From positions 1-43,818 of the forward strand of contig JAYWBR010000163.1 of the NCBI GenBank assembly GCA_043781315.1: a DNA stretch of 43,818 nt, written 5' to 3'. The position numbers were made by a program, and so were the translations under genes. The stretch comes from Verrucomicrobiota bacterium (GTDB lineage Bacteria; Verrucomicrobiota; Verrucomicrobiia; Limisphaerales; CAIQOK01). The notes under the pieces are model-generated. The model did no database searches. It was not told the DNA's origin and worked only from the letters and a program-made list of their open reading frames with translations. Shown piece after piece: positions 1 to 8,835 of this stretch; positions within the stretch are counted from its first letter, which is position 1; each line of letters begins with the position of its first letter.

Positions 1-2
1 CA

Positions 3-2015
3 TCAATACCTTCGCAGATTCCACTCCTCGATCAGCTCCTTCGGAATTTCGCCCAGAAAACGCGACGGTTGCTGCATGAGGTCGCCGGTGTTGCCCGGCG
101 TCGCCCGGATCAGCGGGTAGCTCAGGTAAAGTTCGTTGCGCGCGCGGGTGACGGCGACGTAGAACAGCCGCCGCTCCTCTTCTTCGCCGTCGGCGGAATC
201 CAGTGAGCGGCCCGACGGAAACAGCCCGTCGCACAGCATGATGACGAACACCACGTCGAATTCGAGTCCCTTGGCCTGGTGAATCGTGGAGAGCTTGATC
301 TTCTCATCATCCGTCGTCGTGGGCTGATCGTCCTCCGCCTCCACATTTGTCAGCAGGGCGAGTTGCGCCAGAAAATCCTCGACCGATTGGAACTGTTGCG
401 CGAACACGGCCAACTGTTCCAAGTCTTCCAGCCGTGAGCGATAGTTCGCAAATGTTTCCTTCAGGTAATCCTCGTAGCCCGCCTCTACGACGAGGGTGAT
501 CATCCGCGAAACATTCTTGCGCGTGTCTCCGGTTTCAAGCTGTGAAACCGTCGCCACGAATTGTGCCCACGCGACGGCGGCCTTTTTCGGCACACCCGCC
601 GCGCACGATTGCAGCGCGGCCGCCATTCGATGTTCGATGTTCGATGTTGAATGTTCGATGTTGTCTTTAAATTTCCCCCAAAGCTTGTCGGCTCCCTTGC
701 CGCCGATGCCCGGCAGCAGTTGCGCGAGGCGCTTGAAGGAAAGTTCGTCGCGCGGATTGGCCACGAGCTTGAGAAACGCCGCCACGTCCTTGATGTGCGC
801 CTGCTCGAAAAATCTCATGCCGCTCGTGATGCTGAAGGGGATGCCGCGTCGCGTGAATTCAAGCTGCAATTCCAGCGCGTGAAAGTGCGAACGATACAGC
901 ACCGCCATCTGGTTCAAGTCCGCGCCCTCCTCGCGCAGTTCCAAAACCCGCTGTGCCACGAACGCCGCCTGCTCGCCGGAATCGTTGCAGGTGACGAGTA
1001 CCGGCTTGCTGCCGGACTTGCGCGCCGGGGCGAGTTGCTTGGCGAACTGGTTCACGTTCGCGCTAATGGCGGCGTTGGCCACGTTGAGGATTTCCGGCGT
1101 GCTGCGGTAGTTGGTTTCGATCTTGTAAACCTTTGCGCCGGGATAACGCTCGGGGAATTTCAGGATGTTGGCAAAGTTCGCACCGCGCCAGCCGTAGATG
1201 CTCTGCGCGTCATCGCCCACGACCATGAGGTTTTTGTTGCGCGCAGCAAGCAGGTCAATCAGGTCGCTCTGGAGCTTGTTCGTGTCCTGATACTCGTCCA
1301 CGAGAATGAACTGGAAGCGCCGCTGATATTGCTCGCGCACGTCGGCGTGGTCGCGCAGGAGCCTGAGCCAGAGCGCGAGGAGGTCGTCGAAGTCCATCGC
1401 GTTGGTGGACTTTTTGCGGGCGACGTAGCGTTTGCCGATGTCCTCGATCTGCGGCGCGAGTTCGTCGAAGTAGCCGTACTCGGTGCCGAGAATTTCCGGC
1501 ACGGTCTGGTTGGTGTTGATGGCTTTGGAAAAAATATCCACGAGCACTTCCGGTTTCGGAAAGCGCGCGGCCTTCACGTCAATCTTCGCTTCGGTCACGC
1601 ACGCGGCGGCGAGATGTTTGGCGTCGTCGCGGTCGAGAATGGTGAAGTCGCGTTCGTAGCCGAGGAGATTGGCGTGCAGGCGGAGGATGCGGTTGCCCAT
1701 TGAGTGGAACGTGCCGCCCCAGAGGTCGCGCAACTCCTGGCCGAGCAGGTCGGTGACGCGCCGCATCATTTCGCGGGCGGCCTTGTTGGTGAAGGTGAGC
1801 AGCAGGATGCGGTCGGCGGGGATGCCCTGTTCCAGCAGATAGGCGACGCGGTAGGTGAGCGTGCGGGTCTTGCCCGAACCCGCGCCGGCGATGACGAGCG
1901 CCGGCCCGGGTTCCGCCGTGACGGCGGCGAGCTGTTGTTCGTTCAGCTCGGCGGCGTAGTCAATCTGGGTGGTGATGGCAGACCGGAAGGGCTGCAACAC
2001 ATAATCGCGCGACAT
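3..2015 (-). CDS. uvrD: ATP-dependent DNA helicase, UvrD/PcrA/Rep family (670 aa)
   Basis: The 923-aa track ORF is over-extended. An in-frame ATG at 2015 gives MSRDYVLQPF... with Walker A AGAGSGKT, motif II VDEYQDT, and late helicase motifs (QAKGLEF, VAVTRARNELYL). Stop codon at 3-5. Confidence 0.9.
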   Translation of the reverse strand: MSRDYVLQPFRSAITTQIDYAAELNEQQLAAVTAEPGPALVIAGAGSGKTRTLTYRVAYLLEQGIPADRILLLTFTNKAAREMMRRVTDLLGQELRDLWGGTFHSMGNRILRLHANLLGYERDFTILDRDDAKHLAAACVTEAKIDVKAARFPKPEVLVDIFSKAINTNQTVPEILGTEYGYFDELAPQIEDIGKRYVARKKSTNAMDFDDLLALWLRLLRDHADVREQYQRRFQFILVDEYQDTNKLQSDLIDLLAARNKNLMVVGDDAQSIYGWRGANFANILKFPERYPGAKVYKIETNYRSTPEILNVANAAISANVNQFAKQLAPARKSGSKPVLVTCNDSGEQAAFVAQRVLELREEGADLNQMAVLYRSHFHALELQLEFTRRGIPFSITSGMRFFEQAHIKDVAAFLKLVANPRDELSFKRLAQLLPGIGGKGADKLWGKFKDNIEHSTSNIEHRMAAALQSCAAGVPKKAAVAWAQFVATVSQLETGDTRKNVSRMITLVVEAGYEDYLKETFANYRSRLEDLEQLAVFAQQFQSVEDFLAQLALLTNVEAEDDQPTTTDDEKIKLSTIHQAKGLEFDVVFVIMLCDGLFPSGRSLDSADGEEEERRLFYVAVTRARNELYLSYPLIRATPGNTGDLMQQPSRFLGEIPKELIEEWNLRRY
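626..663. repeat. tandem heptamer words (TTCGATG)3 (TTGAATG) (TTCGATG) inside the uvrD CDS
   Basis: Read directly from the sequence. On the coding strand these are the words CATCGAA/CATTCAA, translated as NIEHSTSNIEH. The same words build the murB|ddl hairpin. Confidence 0.85.
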
Positions 2016-2228
2016 GGGCTGAACCGTAATCAGGGCGGGGACGCTTGTCGAACCTGCAATCGGCGGAAAAATTTCCCGAAATAGTTGCTGCCATTTCGGA
2101 CGGCGCGTGGTAAACCGGATCACAACCCAGTTCCCTATGAACAGCCGCAACCAGAGGAAACAAAGCCAGCGCGAGCGTGGGATTTTTTCCAGCTCCCGCC
2201 GGCGTTGCGGCAAACCTGAAAGGCTCCC

Positions 2229-2684
2229 ATGATTCCCACCGGCAACATCAGCGAAATCCTCGGTCAGAAGGGCGCGGCGGTCTGGACGATCCTGCCGGAC
2301 GCCACGGTGTTTGAAGCCATTCAAATGATGGCCGACAAGAATGTCGGCGCGCTGCTCGTCACCGATCACGCGAAACTGCTCGGCATCATTTCCGAACGCG
2401 ACTACACCCGCAAGGTGGCGATCCGGGGCAAGTCGTCCAAGGAATTGAAGGTGCGCGAAATCCTCTCGCCCAAGGTGGTTCACGTCGCCCCGACGCACAG
2501 CGTGGAGCAATGCCTGCGGCTGATGACCGAACACCGCGTCCGCCATCTGCCCGTGCTGGATGGCGAAAAAATCGCGGGCGTGATTTCCATCGGCGACCTG
2601 GTCAACTGGATCATCTCGACGCAGACCGCGACGATCAGCCAGTTGGAAACTTACATCAGCGGCTATCCCGTTCCGTCGGAGTGA
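2229..2684 (+). CDS. CBS-pair domain protein (151 aa)
   Basis: Two CBS-like repeats (VFEAIQMMADKNVGALLV..., VEQCLRLMTEHRVRHLPVLDGEKIAGVISIGDL). GAAAGG Shine-Dalgarno-like sequence upstream of the ATG. Confidence 0.8.
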   Translation: MIPTGNISEILGQKGAAVWTILPDATVFEAIQMMADKNVGALLVTDHAKLLGIISERDYTRKVAIRGKSSKELKVREILSPKVVHVAPTHSVEQCLRLMTEHRVRHLPVLDGEKIAGVISIGDLVNWIISTQTATISQLETYISGYPVPSE

Positions 2685-2830
2685 ATCAGCGCCTGTCTGA
2701 AAAGGTGTGTTGGCCGGAAAGGTGTTTGAAAACCGGGGCACTGGAGTTGTGTGGACGGTTTTTCCGGGCGGCAAGATGCCCGCCCTCTACGGCAGGCCGG
2801 AGGCCCGCCGCCACATTTTAAAACCGGCTC

Positions 2831-3187
2831 TCAGCGCGGCAGCCGGCTGCGCGTGAGGCTGACCGATACCCAGCGCGCTTGCGGGATCGGAAATTTCTTC
2901 ACCATCACCGTCACCGCCTGCGGCTTGTATTTGGCGAGAATGTGGTCGGCGATGTTGGCGGAAAGCTTTTCCAGCAGCTTCCAGTTCCGGCCTTCGCCGA
3001 ATTTCAGCAGATCCTGCGCGACATCAAAATAATTGATGGTCTTCTCCAGCCGGTCGCTCACCGCCGCCGCCGAATAATCATGGGTCAAGTCCAGCGTGAG
3101 CAGGAGCCGCTGCGGCTTGGCCCGTTCCTCTTCCGTGGTGCCGACACAATAAAACACTTCCAGATCCACAATGCTGATTTTTGACAT
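2831..3187 (-). CDS. folB: dihydroneopterin aldolase (118 aa)
   Basis: Size and N-terminal pattern IVDLEVFYCVGTTEEERAKPQRLLLTLDL...INYFDV are typical of FolB. Lies 15 nt downstream of the HAD-Nudix gene on the same strand. Confidence 0.75.
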   Translation of the reverse strand: MSKISIVDLEVFYCVGTTEEERAKPQRLLLTLDLTHDYSAAAVSDRLEKTINYFDVAQDLLKFGEGRNWKLLEKLSANIADHILAKYKPQAVTVMVKKFPIPQARWVSVSLTRSRLPR

Positions 3188-3202
3188 GCTACGTTTTTAT
3201 TT

Positions 3203-4273
3203 TTAGGACTCTGACTTCTTCATCACCGCGAGCAACAGCCGGCGCGTCGGCGCGTTGACGGGCATTGCCAGGGCCGCTGCGGGTTGCACCCAGCGGAACT
3301 CCTGCGCTTCCTCATTCAACACCACGCCCGTCCCGCTCCGGCAGCGGCAGGTGTAGTTCAGCAGAATAAAATGCGCGTCGCGATAAAATTCCGGCGAGTG
3401 GATGCAGTCCTGCACCAGCACAAATTCGATGTCCGTCACGTCCAGATCGGTTTCCTCCTTAAGCTCGCGCCGCAAGGCTTCCTCGGACGGCTCGGCCCAT
3501 TTGATTTTTCCGCCGGGAATGCCCCACAAATCCGACCATTTGTGCGTGCGGATCATCAGCACTTCGCCGGCGTCGTTGAAGATCAATCCGCCCACGGTCG
3601 CGATGGGCGGACGACCGTCCGCGCTCGCGGAAGCCCCGGGAAGATTCAGGCCGTTGCGCTCAAACTGTCCGCGCAATTCGCCCAGATGCTCGACGATCAT
3701 GTCCGGCCGGGCGGCGCGCAACTGCGCCAGCGTGTTGTAACCCGTCAGCACGGCGCACGAATGAATGCCGCCATGCTGCGCGGTCTCGATGTCATGCTGC
3801 ATGTCACCGATGAACAGGGTTTCGTCGGGGAGCAGATTGTTTTCCGCGAGGATGTCGTGGATTTTTTTCCGCTTGTCCCAGATTTCGACGTACGGGCGGT
3901 CCAGATATTTTGCAAAACCGATGGTGACATCCTGCACGGCAAAGTGGTCGCGATGCACCGTGCTCAACAAAAACGTCCGCACCTTTTGGGCGCGGCAAAA
4001 TTCCAAAAAATCCCGCGCGTGCGGCAGTTCGCAGACCGAACCCTGCACCTGTTTGAAGCGGCTGTGGAACCACGTTTCCAACTGGGGCAGGGGAATGTGC
4101 GGCGTGTGGCGGTCGTAGAATTTGGTGAACGGCAGGCAGAACTCTGCGCGAAATTCCGGCAGCGTCAGCTCGGGGCGCTCGGCTTGGGCGAGGACGTAAT
4201 TGGTCGCCTGCCACACGGCGGGCAGATCGTCCACCAGCGTGCCCGACCAGTCGAAGATGATGTTGCGGATCAC
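3203..4273 (-). CDS. HAD-superfamily hydrolase fused to a Nudix hydrolase (356 aa)
   Basis: N-terminal HAD motifs: motif I FDWSGTLVDD (Ser at the +2 position), LLSTV, and motif IV FIGDMQHDIETA. C-terminal Nudix box GGKIKWAEPSEEALRRELKEETDL. GTG start. Confidence 0.8.
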   Translation of the reverse strand: MIRNIIFDWSGTLVDDLPAVWQATNYVLAQAERPELTLPEFRAEFCLPFTKFYDRHTPHIPLPQLETWFHSRFKQVQGSVCELPHARDFLEFCRAQKVRTFLLSTVHRDHFAVQDVTIGFAKYLDRPYVEIWDKRKKIHDILAENNLLPDETLFIGDMQHDIETAQHGGIHSCAVLTGYNTLAQLRAARPDMIVEHLGELRGQFERNGLNLPGASASADGRPPIATVGGLIFNDAGEVLMIRTHKWSDLWGIPGGKIKWAEPSEEALRRELKEETDLDVTDIEFVLVQDCIHSPEFYRDAHFILLNYTCRCRSGTGVVLNEEAQEFRWVQPAAALAMPVNAPTRRLLLAVMKKSES

Positions 4274-4393
4274 GCGGCCAGTCTAGCGGGTCGCGCGCCG
4301 TTGTCAGCAATCGGTTCGGGATTTTTCCGGCGGGGCTGGCGTTCGCTTCGGTCTTGCAGGCGTGAGGCGAATTTGTTCCAGGTTGGCGAAAGG

Positions 4394-5362
4394 TCAACGA
4401 ATGAAGGTGAATTTCACGCGCCGGGATTTCAGCATGTAGGAGCTCCAGATCACCGCCATAAACAACGCGCGCGCCATGGTTTGAATGGAATCTCCGTTGG
4501 AACCTTTCGCCAACGCGGGGATTTGACGACAGCAGAGTTCATCGGCGATCAGAAAAAAGGCGTTCGCCCAGAACAGCAGGATGAAAGTTTTGGGAAAGGC
4601 CTGGCGTTTCTGGAGGAAGAATCCCAGCGTGAGCAGGCTCAAGCCGAGGATGCCGATGTTGCCGAGCATTTCCACCACGAGCAACGGGGCGTAGAGCGGG
4701 TGATACTGGGCGCTTTGCGGCATGGCCACGGACTGCCAGACGTGCAGGGAGAAGTAACCTTCCCAGCTGCGGATCAACACGAACAGGCGCGCGATGGGGC
4801 CGGAGAACAAGCCGATGCCCACCAGAACCAGCCAGCCACCTATTCCGCGCAGTTGTTTTTCCTCGGGGGACAGCTCGGGTGGAATGATGTCACCGCTGAC
4901 GCGAGTGGAGCGCCAGGCCCAGATCATGGCGGCGACGGTGAAGGCTCCGCCGAAGAGGGCGATGAAAACCATGAGCCAGTTTAAATTCCCCGGGCCGGGT
5001 TTGATGCCGTTGACGCCGTCATCCGGGCGTTCCAGTTTTTCGCCGACATCCGTTTCCATTTCATCAAGGCGCGCGAGGTAATCGGCAACTTTCTGCGGCG
5101 GAAGTTCGGGCGTTCTGGTTTCCAGATCGAAACGGTAGTGCAGCACCTTGCCGGTGAAAGTCCGGTGGTAGTGGAACAAAAAAGCGTCGTGATCAATGGT
5201 TTTTTCCTTGGCCGGAAGCGTCCAGTCCGGATCGGGAAGGTGAATCACGATTTCATGTTCGCGGCGCAGCGGAAAGGGCAGTCGCAGCGGCATCGTGCGC
5301 AAACGGGTTTTGGGATCGGTCAGCAAGTTGACCAGGCTGTCCCCCCCGGAACTCGGCCTCAC
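4394..5362 (-). CDS. membrane protein: soluble N-terminal half plus polytopic C-terminal half (322 aa)
   Basis: Several hydrophobic segments (WLMVFIALFGGAFTVAAMIWAW, GGWLVLVGIGLFSGPIA, LLVVEMLGNIGILGLSLLTLGFF, etc.). From memory, the N-terminal half resembles the C-terminal part of DUF3857/DUF3858-type proteins. GTG start overlaps the upstream stop (GTGA). Confidence 0.55.
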   Translation of the reverse strand: MRPSSGGDSLVNLLTDPKTRLRTMPLRLPFPLRREHEIVIHLPDPDWTLPAKEKTIDHDAFLFHYHRTFTGKVLHYRFDLETRTPELPPQKVADYLARLDEMETDVGEKLERPDDGVNGIKPGPGNLNWLMVFIALFGGAFTVAAMIWAWRSTRVSGDIIPPELSPEEKQLRGIGGWLVLVGIGLFSGPIARLFVLIRSWEGYFSLHVWQSVAMPQSAQYHPLYAPLLVVEMLGNIGILGLSLLTLGFFLQKRQAFPKTFILLFWANAFFLIADELCCRQIPALAKGSNGDSIQTMARALFMAVIWSSYMLKSRRVKFTFIR

Positions 5363-5751
5363 GTTTCTTCGAGTCGGTTCAACACTTGCCCGCCGCGGTG
5401 GATCTGCACCTGGTGCAGAATCAGTTCCTGATAGCTGGGATCAAAATAGAACGTGAGACTGCCGGAATCCTGCACCCCGGTTTCATTTTCCATGAGGGCG
5501 ACCATGCGGATGTATGCCTCCTGCCGCTGCGGATATTCCTGCCGTTCGTCGAGCAGGTAACGCGTGCCTTCGGATTTTCCTTTGGGCGTGCGGGGAGTCG
5601 TTGCGTTCCATTCCACCGGACGCACCCAGTCCGGCGGCGGCGCGACGGCAACATGGGTGTTCGTCTGGGCGAAGAGATTGAAACCGGTGCCTCCAAAAAA
5701 CACCACGACCCATGCTCGGTGAATCCAAAACGTGAGTGTTGTCCTCTTCAT
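5359..5751 (-). CDS. secreted DUF3857-like N-terminal domain protein (130 aa), possibly a gene fragment
   Basis: Start chosen at MKRTTLTFWIH... (signal-peptide-like). YFDPSYQELILHQVQIHRGGQV matches my recollection of the DUF3857 N-terminal domain. The protein ends after about 130 aa, whereas family members are much longer. Confidence 0.5.
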   Translation of the reverse strand: MKRTTLTFWIHRAWVVVFFGGTGFNLFAQTNTHVAVAPPPDWVRPVEWNATTPRTPKGKSEGTRYLLDERQEYPQRQEAYIRMVALMENETGVQDSGSLTFYFDPSYQELILHQVQIHRGGQVLNRLEET

Positions 5752-5965
5752 GCAATGTGCGCCATGGCCGCCGCGTGGCAAAGGCGACGGCGCGACGCAA
5801 CCCAGTTGCTGGTCCAGTGCGAGAATAAGTTCTGCGGTGGGTGCGATCCCGTTTGGTGGAGGGGTGCGAACTGCCCACCCTTTTATTGCAGGGCGGACGC
5901 ATCCGCGATTTAACCGAGGGCTTCAAAAATCCTCTGGTGACGCGGGGAATTGCTTCCGGCGTCTT

Positions 5966-6084
5966 GGACTGCGGTGGCAAGGCGGGAGCCGCGACACCGC
6001 TTTCGGGCGCGGGAAAAACCCTCAGACTGGGAACACGGCCCGCCCTACGAAAGCGGCGTGGCGCTGCGCTTCCCGCCGCAGTCC
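5966..6084. repeat. imperfect GC-rich inverted repeat (REP-like)
   Basis: Arm GGACTGCGGTGGCAAGGCGGGAGCCGCGACACCGCTTTCG (5966-6005) against CGAAAGCGGCGTGGCGCTGCGCTTCCCGCCGCAGTCC (6048-6084). The ends match perfectly and the middles have diverged. Lies in a divergent intergenic region. Confidence 0.7.
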
Positions 6085-6207
6085 ATGACGCCGTCCTGAT
6101 CCTTGCCCCAAACTTGCCGCTTCCAGTTCGGTAGGCGTCAGTCTTGCCGTTGAGTTGGCGTTGAATAATTTTCGTGACCTGCTGTTTGATTCCTTCAAAT
6201 TGAATGG

Positions 6208-8682
6208 ATGACTTTTCCATCGCGCCGTTCCGTTTCGTTAATCATCGCTCTGCTCTTGGCCGCGGGCAGAGTTCATTCCGGCGGCGTTTCCGAACCGCTC
6301 ACGATTCAAATCAAGGCACCGGCACCGCCTGAATCCGGCTATTTCAAAATGGGAACCGGCAATCGTCCCGATGGCCGCACGCTGACTTTGGACAGCCGCA
6401 GTCTGCGGCTCGACGGCAAACCCTGGCTGCCGGTCATGGGCGAATTCCATTTCACTCGCTGCCCCGAAACCGAGTGGCGCGATGAACTGCTCAAGATGAA
6501 GGCGGGCGGCGTGGACATCGTTTCGACCTACGTTTTTTGGATTCATCACGAGGAAGTCGAAGGCACGTTCGACTGGTCGGGTCAGCGTAACTTGAAAAAA
6601 TTTGTCGAGACGTGCAACGAGTTGAAGCTGCCGGTGATCGTGCGTTGCGGGCCGTGGTGTCACGGCGAAGTCCGCAACGGCGGGCTGCCCGACTGGGTCG
6701 TGAAACAAAAGGATTACAAGCCGCGCACGGAGGACGAACGCTTTCTGACGAAGGTGAAAGTTCTCTACGGCGAAATTGAAAAGCAGCTTCACGGCCGGCT
6801 CTGGAAAGACGGCGGCCCGGTCATGGGCATCCAACTCGACAACGAATTCTGGGGGCCGGCCTCGTATCTTCTCGCGTTGAAAAAAATCGCCGTGGACGCC
6901 GGCCTCGACGTGCCGCTCTACACGCGCACCGGCTGGCCGAATCTGAAAACCCCGATGCCGCTGGGCGAGATGGCTCCGCTCTTTGGCAGCTATGTGGACG
7001 GTTTTTGGGAACGCACGCTGGAGCCGATGCCCGGCGACAACTGGTCGAAGTTTCTGTTCTCTAGTCTGCGCACCGACGCCGACATCGGCGCGGATCAGCT
7101 CGGCAAACGCAAGGCGCAGGATGACGCCGACGTTTTGAAATATCCCTACCTTGCCTGCGAAATTCTCGGCGGCATGGTCAGCTCGTATCATCGCCGCGTC
7201 CTTATCAATCCACTCGACAGCCTTGCGCTCGCGACGATTCATCTTGGCTCTGGAAATAATCTCCCCGGCTATTACATGTATCACGGCGGCTGCAATCCCG
7301 ACGGCAAACTCTCCACGCTCAACGAATCGCAGGCCACGGGTTATCCCAATGATCTGCCGGTGAAAAACTACGACTTCCAAGCGCCGCTCGGCGAATATGG
7401 CCAAGTCAATCCGCCGTATCATCTGCTCCGGCGGATGCATCTTTTCCTGCGCGACTTCGGCCCCGCGCTCGCCGGCATGACACCGACGCTGCCGGAACTG
7501 CGCCCCACAAAACCTCAGCAGACCAACATGCTCCGCTGGGTCGTGCGTTCCGACGGTCACAGTGGAATCGTGTTCGTGAACAATTATCAGCGGCTGCAAC
7601 CCATGCCGGTGAAAACGAATATTCAGTTCACGCTGAAACTTCCCGGCGAGACGTTGGTTTTTCCCGAGCGCGCCGTCAACGTGCCGGCGGACACCTGTTT
7701 CTTCTGGCCGTTCAATCTGGATCTCGGCGGCTTGAATTTGATCTACGCCACCGCGCAACCGATCTGCCACAGGGACGCCGAAGGTTCCCGCACCGTTTTC
7801 TTTGCGCAGACTCCCGGCGTGCCGTCGGAGTTTGTTTTCAGTGACGACAACAAAGTGGTGGCTCCCGGCGGACGGCTCGACAAACAGAACGGCCACATCT
7901 CCGTGCTCAAGGTGAATCCCGGCACGAGCGCGGCCATCCGTGTGGAGACGAAGGACGGCAAAAAATTTCAGATCGTGCTGCTGGATCAGGCGGCGTCGCT
8001 AACTTTGTGGAAGGGTGAATGGGCGGGCACCGAGCGCGTGTTTCTTTGTCGCGACGCGCTGATATTCGACGGCGACCGGCTGCGGCTCGTGGCGAACAAG
8101 CCGGATTTTTTGAACGTCGAAATGTTTCCCGCGCCCGCCTCGGTGGTGCTGGAATCCAACAAACTCGGGCTGATCCGCGACGGTCTCTTCACGCGTTTCA
8201 ATCTGCCGATGCTGCGACTCAAGACGTTCAAGGTCGAAACCGAACAGCTCAAGCCCGCTGGAAAGTTGCGGAAGATTCCGTTGAGCAAAGGCAAGAATGC
8301 CCTCGCGCTGGCGCCGGACGACGCGGATTTTTCCGAAGCCGCCGTCTGGCAGATCCGCCTGCCGGAGAAATTTGAATTCACCCACGATCCGATGCTGCGG
8401 TTTTTCTACGTCGGGGATGTTGCGCGCGTCACTTTGAACGGCCGCCTGATCCAGGACGATTTCTATTACGGAAATTATTTCGACCTTGGCCTCCGGCGTT
8501 TTGCCAGCGAGTTGCCGGGTGCTGATCTGCGCGTGGAAATTCTCCCGCTCCGCAAAGACGCGCCGATTTATCTGGCTCCGTCCGCGCTCCCCAACTTTGG
8601 CAAGGCCGAGAGCCTCGTCGAATTGAAACGCGTCGAACTCATCAACCGCTGCGAAGCCGCGTTGACCGTGGGGAAGAAATAG
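6208..8682 (+). CDS. glycoside hydrolase family 35 beta-galactosidase, secreted (824 aa)
   Basis: Signal peptide MTFPSRRSVSLIIALLLAAG. GH35-type N-terminal block GKPWLPVMGEFHFTRCPETEWRDELLKMKAGGVDIVSTYVFWIHHEEVEGTFDW and QLDNEF. Confidence 0.8.
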   Translation: MTFPSRRSVSLIIALLLAAGRVHSGGVSEPLTIQIKAPAPPESGYFKMGTGNRPDGRTLTLDSRSLRLDGKPWLPVMGEFHFTRCPETEWRDELLKMKAGGVDIVSTYVFWIHHEEVEGTFDWSGQRNLKKFVETCNELKLPVIVRCGPWCHGEVRNGGLPDWVVKQKDYKPRTEDERFLTKVKVLYGEIEKQLHGRLWKDGGPVMGIQLDNEFWGPASYLLALKKIAVDAGLDVPLYTRTGWPNLKTPMPLGEMAPLFGSYVDGFWERTLEPMPGDNWSKFLFSSLRTDADIGADQLGKRKAQDDADVLKYPYLACEILGGMVSSYHRRVLINPLDSLALATIHLGSGNNLPGYYMYHGGCNPDGKLSTLNESQATGYPNDLPVKNYDFQAPLGEYGQVNPPYHLLRRMHLFLRDFGPALAGMTPTLPELRPTKPQQTNMLRWVVRSDGHSGIVFVNNYQRLQPMPVKTNIQFTLKLPGETLVFPERAVNVPADTCFFWPFNLDLGGLNLIYATAQPICHRDAEGSRTVFFAQTPGVPSEFVFSDDNKVVAPGGRLDKQNGHISVLKVNPGTSAAIRVETKDGKKFQIVLLDQAASLTLWKGEWAGTERVFLCRDALIFDGDRLRLVANKPDFLNVEMFPAPASVVLESNKLGLIRDGLFTRFNLPMLRLKTFKVETEQLKPAGKLRKIPLSKGKNALALAPDDADFSEAAVWQIRLPEKFEFTHDPMLRFFYVGDVARVTLNGRLIQDDFYYGNYFDLGLRRFASELPGADLRVEILPLRKDAPIYLAPSALPNFGKAESLVELKRVELINRCEAALTVGKK

Positions 8683-8740
8683 CATGGAGCGGACGAGCCA
8701 GTTTCAAACCGGTGTCTTTATTTTCCCTTCCTGGCAGGAA

Positions 8741-8803
8741 CCCAAAGATTTGGGAAAGCCAAAGATGGGAATTTTCAATCTTTGGCTTCCACCAATCTTT
8801 GGG
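8741..8803. repeat. nested hairpin built from CCAAAGAT words between the GH35 gene and rluE
   Basis: Outer stem CCCAAAGATT (8741-8750) / AATCTTTGGG (8794-8803). Inner stem AAGCCAAAGAT (8756-8766) / ATCTTTGGCTT (8778-8788). Confidence 0.8.
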
Positions 8804-8835
8804 ATCTTTTCCGGGCCGCCAACGCGAACTGACCG

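Noticed and set aside
2016-2774. The 5' extension of the helicase ORF to 923 aa.
   Set aside because: The extension runs antisense through the CBS-domain gene and has no helicase similarity. The conserved N-terminus begins at the ATG at 2015.
3284-4984. Long antisense ORFs in the track, including 3284-4984 (+, 566 aa), 6238-7896 (-, 552 aa), 28178-29833 (-, 551 aa), 30868-32586 (-, 572 aa), 34338-35864 (-, 508 aa), 26358-27416 (-, 352 aa) and 18644-19675 (-, 343 aa).
   Set aside because: Each lies opposite a gene with clear family motifs (HAD-Nudix, GH35, ftsI, murF/mraY, ftsW, rsmH, TPR protein). Their translations are Arg/Ala/Gly/Pro-rich low-information sequence, typical of shadow frames in GC-rich DNA.
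5483-6220. 245-aa minus-strand ORF whose first ~30 aa (MEKSSIQFEGIKQQVTKIIQRQL) faintly resemble an acyl-carrier-protein N-terminus.
   Set aside because: It overlaps the well-supported GH35 start by 13 nt in divergent orientation. It runs straight into the REP-like repeat, has no DSL phosphopantetheine site, and the remainder is Arg/Pro-rich shadow sequence.
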